Origin: a bacterium
GTDB taxonomy: Bacteria; UBA8248
Direction: 5' to 3'
Length of the DNA: 64,000 nucleotides
Assembly: GCA_965207065.1 (NCBI GenBank)
Contig: OZ242260.1
Coordinates: 2,464,001 to 2,528,000, forward strand
Below, piece after piece: positions 58,623 to 64,000 of this stretch. The notes under the pieces are model-generated. The model was not told where the DNA came from. It was given only the letters and a program-made list of their open reading frames with translations, and ran no database searches. The translations under genes and the position numbers were made by a program. The first letter of the stretch is position 1, and every line of letters begins with the position of its first letter.

Positions 58623-60532
58623 GTGATTCCGCCCTCTCCCCCAGCTCTGTTTCCGTGGAAGAGGACCGCTCGTTTTTGAAGTCCTTGCCCGAAAAACCGG
58701 GGATATATATTTTCAGGAACCGCGCGGGGGACGTCCTCTACGTCGGAAAGGCCTTGCGCCTGAGAAGCCGGGTGCGCAGTTATTTCGCCAAGAGGGCAGG
58801 CCGGGGCCCCTGGATTCAGAAGATGGTGGAGGAATCATCCACGATAGAGCACATCGTGACGGCCAACGAAGTCGAAGCGCTCATCCTGGAGAGCAACTAT
58901 GTCAAAAAGCACAAGCCCCGCCACAACGTGCTCCTTCGCGACGACAAGCATTTCCCCTACATGAAGCTGAGCACGAGCGAGGACTACCCGCGCCTGAGCA
59001 TCGTCCGCCGCCCCGCGGGTGATGGGGATTCCTATCTGGGGCCCTTCCCGTCGGCGAGCAGCCTGAGGCGCACGATTCGCTTTTTACAAAAAACCTTTCA
59101 CATCAGGCCCTGCACGGGCGGTTTGGAGGACAAGACGGCGAAACGCTGCATCTATTTCCAGATGAACCAGTGCCTGGGGCCGTGCGATGACTACCAGAGC
59201 CGCGAATCGTATAGAGGCGGTGTCGGCGATGCGCTTGATTTCCTCAAGGGCAAGAACCGGGAACTGGTTCGAAGGCTCAAGAAGCAGATGCAGGAACATT
59301 CGGAGGGTTTGCAGTACGAAGCCGCCGCCAAGGTGCGGGATCAGATTCAAGGCATCGAGCACGTCACCGAGCGGCAGACCATGCTTTCGGTGAAGGGGGG
59401 CGACCAGGACGTTCTCGGCTGTCACCGGGAGGAAGGGAAAGCGACGTTTCGCCTGTTTTTCATACGGGGCGGCAGGCTGCTGGGCGACCAGGGATTCCAT
59501 GTGGCCGCCAGCGAAGGCGTTCCCGACGGAGAAGTCGTCTCCGCGTTCGTGAAGCAGTATTACGCAAACAAGACGTTTTTCCCCGATGAAGTGCTCCTGC
59601 CCTCCGTCGTGGGCGATGCCTCGCTCATGGCGCAATGGCTGTCCGAAAAGCGGGGCAAGAAGGTGTCCGTTTTTCATCCCGTCCGGGGAAACAAGCGCCG
59701 GCTGGTCGAGATGGCGAGCGAGAACGCATCGCACGCACAGGAGCAGGAAAACGCCCTGCTCAGCAAAGAGCAGCAGACGCTCGAGGAAATTCGCCAGGCG
59801 CTGGGCCTCGAGGAGTTGCCGGTGCGAATCGAGGCGTTCGACGTATCGAATCTGCAGGGGAGCAACATCGTCGGGGCCAGCGTCATGTTCCAGGAGGGGC
59901 GTCCGCTCAAGGACGGCTACCGCCGCTACAAGATCAGGAGCGTGGCGGAAGCGCCGGATGATTATTCCTCCATGCGCGAGATCGTTTTCAGGCGCCTGGA
60001 GCGTCTGGTGAACGAAGGGGGCGAGATGCCCGACCTCCTGCTGATCGACGGCGGGAAGGGGCAGCTCTCATCCGCCGCCTCGGCGCTCGAGGAACTTGGT
60101 GTGGCGGACGTGGCGCTCTGCGCGATTGCGAAGGGCAGGAGTTCCGAGAACCCCGAAGCGCAGGACGTGATTTTCCTGCCCGGGCAGTCGGACCCCGTTC
60201 ACCTGAAAGAGGGGAGCGCGCCGAAGCTCATGCTCCAGAAAATCCGCGACGAGGTGCATCGGTTCGTCCTGACATTCCACCGGACGCGCCGCAGACGCAC
60301 CGGAATCAGGAGCGGTCTCGACGACGTGCCCGGTTTGGGCCCCAAGCGCCGCCGCGCGCTCTTGCGGACTTTCGGGAGCCTGCGGGGCGTTTTGGAGGCG
60401 AGCGATTCCAAGCTCCTGGAGGTGGAGGGCATCACGCCGAAGCTCATCGCCGCCTTGCGGGAAAAGCTCGGGGGCGAGGGCGCCCTTGCTGAAGGAGCCG
60501 GGGAGGTCGCTTCCCGGACAGGCGAATCTTGA
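58619..60532 (+). CDS. uvrC: Excinuclease ABC subunit C
   Basis: GIY..YVGKA..LRSRV, IDGGKGQ, RDEVHRF, HhH. Confidence 0.96.
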
Positions 60533-62076
60533 AAGCGAAAGACATAGGCTACTCCATATTTTCGGGTCTTTTGGTGGCGTCGGTTTTCCCGCCGTTTCAG
60601 TTCGAGATTCTGGCCTGGATAGCGCTCGTCCCCCTCTTATGGGTGCTCGAGGGCAAAAAACCGCACGAAGCGTTCACCCTGGGGCTGGTGAGCGGACTGG
60701 TTTCTTTCGGGATAATCGTCTGGTGGGTGAAGATTTCGATGGCCACCTACGGGGGGCTGCCGGCGTCGCTCGCATGGCTCATCACCGCCGTCCTCGCGCT
60801 CTATCTGGCGCTATACCCGGCGCTGTTCGCATTCTTCATGGTGCGCATACATGCGGGCGGCGCTTTTCTCACCTTTCTCATGGCCGCGCCGCTGTGGGTC
60901 TCGCTGGAGCTTCTGCGCGCCTACTTCATGTCCGGCTTCCCGTGGGCGCTGCTGGGCTATAGCCAGTACCGCCATTTGCACGTCATCCAGATTGCCGACC
61001 TGGTGGGCGTGTACGGCGTGTCTTTCTTCATCGTGTTCGTCAACGCGGCGATCTGGCATTTCTTCCGTTTTCCGCGAAAAGCGCCCTACGCCCTCGTCGT
61101 CAGCGTTTCACTCGTCGCGGCGCTCGTTTGGGGCTATGGATATCTAAGACTCCATGAGGTGCCCATCGAAGCGTCGGGTGCGGTGCGCACGGTCGGCATC
61201 GTGCAGGGCAACGTCGATCAGTCCGTCAAATGGGCTCCCAGGTGGCGGAGGGGCATTCTCGATAAAATGGCCAGGCTGACGAAGGATTTGAGGGGTCGTT
61301 TCCCGAAAGATGAATCGACCGCTCCCCCCCTCATCGTCTGGCCGGAGGCGGCGGCTCCCCTTGTTTACGAGCGGCGCGCATCCGAGAGAAGATATCTCCG
61401 CCAAATCGCGAAGGACACGAATTCCTACCTGCTGTTCGGCGTCCTCGGCAGGCTGGACGTGAAACAAGGTCCGAAATTCACGAATTCGGCCTATCTCCTC
61501 AGCCCGGAGGGCAAGGAAGCCGGCCGCTACGACAAGATGCACCTGCTTCCCTTCGGCGAATATGTCCCGCTCGCCAAACTGCTGTTTTTCGTGAAAAAAC
61601 TCGTGCCGGTCATCGGTGCGTTCAGGCCCGGCGACAAGCCCGAGATATTTGATGCCGCCGGCGGAAAGTTCGGCGTCTTGATCTGTTTCGAGGTGATTTT
61701 CCCCCGCGTGGTGAGGCGGATGCAGAACGCGCAGTTTCTCGTCAACATCACGAACGATGCCTGGTTCGGCGAAACGGCGGCATCCGAGCAGCACCTGTCG
61801 ATGGTGGCGTTCCGGGCGGTGGAATACCGCATGCCGATCGTTCGTTCGGCCAATACGGGGATCAGCGCGCTCATCGAACCCACCGGAGCGATTCGGGCAA
61901 GGAGCCCTCTTTTTGAGGAGTGGATACACGCCGATGTCATTTCGCTGAAAAAAGACGGCCCCAGTGTTTACGCCAGGGTAGGGGATATATTTGCGTATAT
62001 CTGTGCTTTCTTTTCCGTGGCGGCGGTATTATTGTTCCGCTCCAGGCGGAGTTCTCGAATGTGGTATGATAGCTAG
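60529..62076 (+). CDS. lnt: Apolipoprotein N-acyltransferase
   Basis: Multi-TM; GFPW, WPE, K.HLLPFGEY, ICFE, NDAWFG. Confidence 0.95.
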   Translation: MKAKDIGYSIFSGLLVASVFPPFQFEILAWIALVPLLWVLEGKKPHEAFTLGLVSGLVSFGIIVWWVKISMATYGGLPASLAWLITAVLALYLALYPALFAFFMVRIHAGGAFLTFLMAAPLWVSLELLRAYFMSGFPWALLGYSQYRHLHVIQIADLVGVYGVSFFIVFVNAAIWHFFRFPRKAPYALVVSVSLVAALVWGYGYLRLHEVPIEASGAVRTVGIVQGNVDQSVKWAPRWRRGILDKMARLTKDLRGRFPKDESTAPPLIVWPEAAAPLVYERRASERRYLRQIAKDTNSYLLFGVLGRLDVKQGPKFTNSAYLLSPEGKEAGRYDKMHLLPFGEYVPLAKLLFFVKKLVPVIGAFRPGDKPEIFDAAGGKFGVLICFEVIFPRVVRRMQNAQFLVNITNDAWFGETAASEQHLSMVAFRAVEYRMPIVRSANTGISALIEPTGAIRARSPLFEEWIHADVISLKKDGPSVYARVGDIFAYICAFFSVAAVLLFRSRRSSRMWYDS

Positions 62077-62141
62077 AACCGTCCAGGCAGACCCCATGCC
62101 GAGGGGTCAGGAAGTTCGATTTCGAAAGATTGGAGATGTAG

Positions 62142-63264
62142 ATGGAAGAATTATGCAAGAAATGTGAGCAACTGGAGGCACGCCTCCTTGAACTGCGAGG
62201 GCGGCTTTGACCTCGATCGACTGGAGGCGGAGTGCGCCAGACTCGATAAACTCGCCGGAGAAGAGGATTTCTGGAGCGACCCCGAAGCCGCCCAAAACAC
62301 GCTGAGAAAGCGCGCATCGATAGAAAAAACAATACGCAACTGGGAGAGCCTCAGCGGGAGACTCAACGAGCAGAAAGAGCTTCTCCAGCTTCTCCAGATG
62401 GAAGAAACATCCGAGTCGGAACTCCTGAGTGAAATCGAAGATGCTCTTTCTTCTCTTTTCAAGGAGATCGAGCGCCTGGAGTTCCACCTGGTCATGGATT
62501 CCGAGGAAGACAGGGCAGGCGCCATTTTCTCTGTGAATGCAGGGGCGGGTGGCGTCGAAAGCCAGGATTGGGCCGAAATGCTCTTGCGCATGTACACGAG
62601 ATGGGCGGAGGAGAAGGGGTACCAGGCGCGCCTCGTTTCCATACTCGGGGGGGATGAGGCCGGCATCAAGAACGCTACCCTCATCATCCAGGGAGATTAT
62701 GCTTACGGGTATCTTCGGGCGGAAGTCGGCGTGCATCGCTTGATAAGGATTTCACCTTTCGACGCCAGCGCGAAGAGACACACCTCTTTTGCTTCCGTGG
62801 ATGTCGTGCCGGAGGTGTCGGACGACGTGGAAATCGAGATCGATGAGAACGATTTGCGCATCGACGTGTTCAGGAGTTCGGGCGCCGGCGGTCAGCATGT
62901 GAATACCACGGATTCCGCGGTGCGGATGACGCACCTGCCTACGGGCATCGTGGTCTCATGCCAGAACGAGAGAAGCCAGCACAAGAATCGCGCGACGGCC
63001 ATGAAGCTGCTGCGCGGCCAGTTGTACGAAATGGAGAAACGAAAACGGGACGAAGAAAAAGAAGCGCAGCACGCCATGAAGAAAACCATCGGATTCGGGA
63101 GCCAGATTCGTTCCTACACCCTGCATCCGTACCGGATGGTGAAGGATCATCGAACAGACATGGAGCGCTCGGACGTGAACGCTGTATTGGACGGGAACAT
63201 CGACGCGTTCATTGACGCCTATCTCCTCTCGTTGATACAGGAGAAGGCGAATGCGCGCACGTAA
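62142..63264 (+). CDS. prfB: Peptide chain release factor 2 with programmed +1 frameshift
   Basis: 22-codon ORF ending CTT TGA C (62205-62211) preceded by AGGG; +1 frame has SPF and GGQ. Confidence 0.96.
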
Positions 63265-63346
63265 TCGCCGCCAGCTGAACCAGATGGAAGCGGATGGGGA
63301 AATCACGGTTTCATGGACATAGAGAGAGCATGGGAGGAGCGCCCCC

Positions 63347-64000
63347 GTGGCGGATGAAACAACGCCATCGCCTGATGAGCGGGACGATGAAAACATTTTG
63401 ACCCAGCAGCGCAGGAAGAAGCTCGAAGGGATACGATCGTCGGGAGCCAACCCTTTCGTGAACCGGTTTTCGACGACGCACCAGATAGGCGTCATCGTCC
63501 AGGAATACCGTGACGTGCCTGCGGATGGTTTCGAGGAAGCGAAAGAGGCGAGTTTTTCCGTGGCGGGGAGAATCATCGCCAAGCGGGTGCAGGGGAAAGT
63601 CGCCTTTATCGACCTGCGGGACGGAGCGGGACAGATCCAGCTGTTCATCCGGATGAACGAGATCGGCGAGGAGGCTTTTCAATCCGCCAGGGATCTCGAC
63701 ATCGGCGACATCGTCGGGGCGGAGGGCGGGGTGTTCCGGACCAGGATGGGCGAACTCTCCATCTGGGTTCGCCGGATAAGCCTCCTGACGAAAAGTTTGC
63801 GGCCGTTGCCTGAAAAGTGGCATGGCCTCAGAAACGTGGAGGCCCGCTACCGGCAGCGGTATGTGGATTTGATAGCAAATCCCGAGGTGGTCGAGGTGTT
63901 CCGGGTGCGCACCCGGATGATTCAGTCGATGCGCCGCTTTCTGGACGAACTGAATTTTATCGAAGTCGAAACGCCGATGATGCAGGCCATCGCCGGCGGG
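63347..64000 (+). CDS. lysS: Lysine--tRNA ligase (class II), runs off the window
   Basis: GTG after GGAGG; GKVAFIDLRD, DIGDIVG, KSLRPLPEKWHGL..RYRQRYVDL, EVETPMM. Confidence 0.95.
   Translation, partial: MADETTPSPDERDDENILTQQRRKKLEGIRSSGANPFVNRFSTTHQIGVIVQEYRDVPADGFEEAKEASFSVAGRIIAKRVQGKVAFIDLRDGAGQIQLFIRMNEIGEEAFQSARDLDIGDIVGAEGGVFRTRMGELSIWVRRISLLTKSLRPLPEKWHGLRNVEARYRQRYVDLIANPEVVEVFRVRTRMIQSMRRFLDELNFIEVETPMMQAIAGG

Noticed and set aside
63251-63322. 23-codon ORF between prfB and lysS
   Set aside because: No Lys-codon run or attenuator structure, and no other support

Overview
High-GC diderm bacterial chromosome segment; the taxon cannot be determined from sequence alone. The core backbone is mepM-like M23 peptidase, gamma-CA, ppx, yceD-rpmF-plsX-fabH-fabD-acpP-fabF-rnc-smc-ftsY, pyc, PBP1A, HNH-uvrB-uvrC-lnt-prfB (+1 frameshift)-lysS. 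It is interrupted by four accessory blocks. (1) A putative catabolic cluster led by an unannotated UGSC selenoprotein (in-frame TGA plus SECIS-like hairpin) coupled to a partner protein, followed by a peptide-type ABC transporter, an M20 hydrolase and a class-V PLP enzyme. (2) A headless, integrase-less phage tail-tip/fibre/tape-measure module. (3) The top candidate system: an AT-rich ~5.7 kb island bounded by a 200-bp direct repeat of the PBP1A 3' end. It encodes a translationally coupled DnaG-like primase, a 1083-aa UG/Abi-type reverse transcriptase with an apparent pseudokinase C-lobe, and a separate nitrilase, preceded by a ~480-bp palindrome-rich leader. (4) A surface-protein island: metalloprotease lipoprotein, Ig-repeat lipoprotein with hypervariable cores, and an inverse autotransporter. 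Intergenic regions are dense in REP/MITE-like palindromes and 10-bp-phased repeats. No CRISPR array, tRNA or rRNA was seen.
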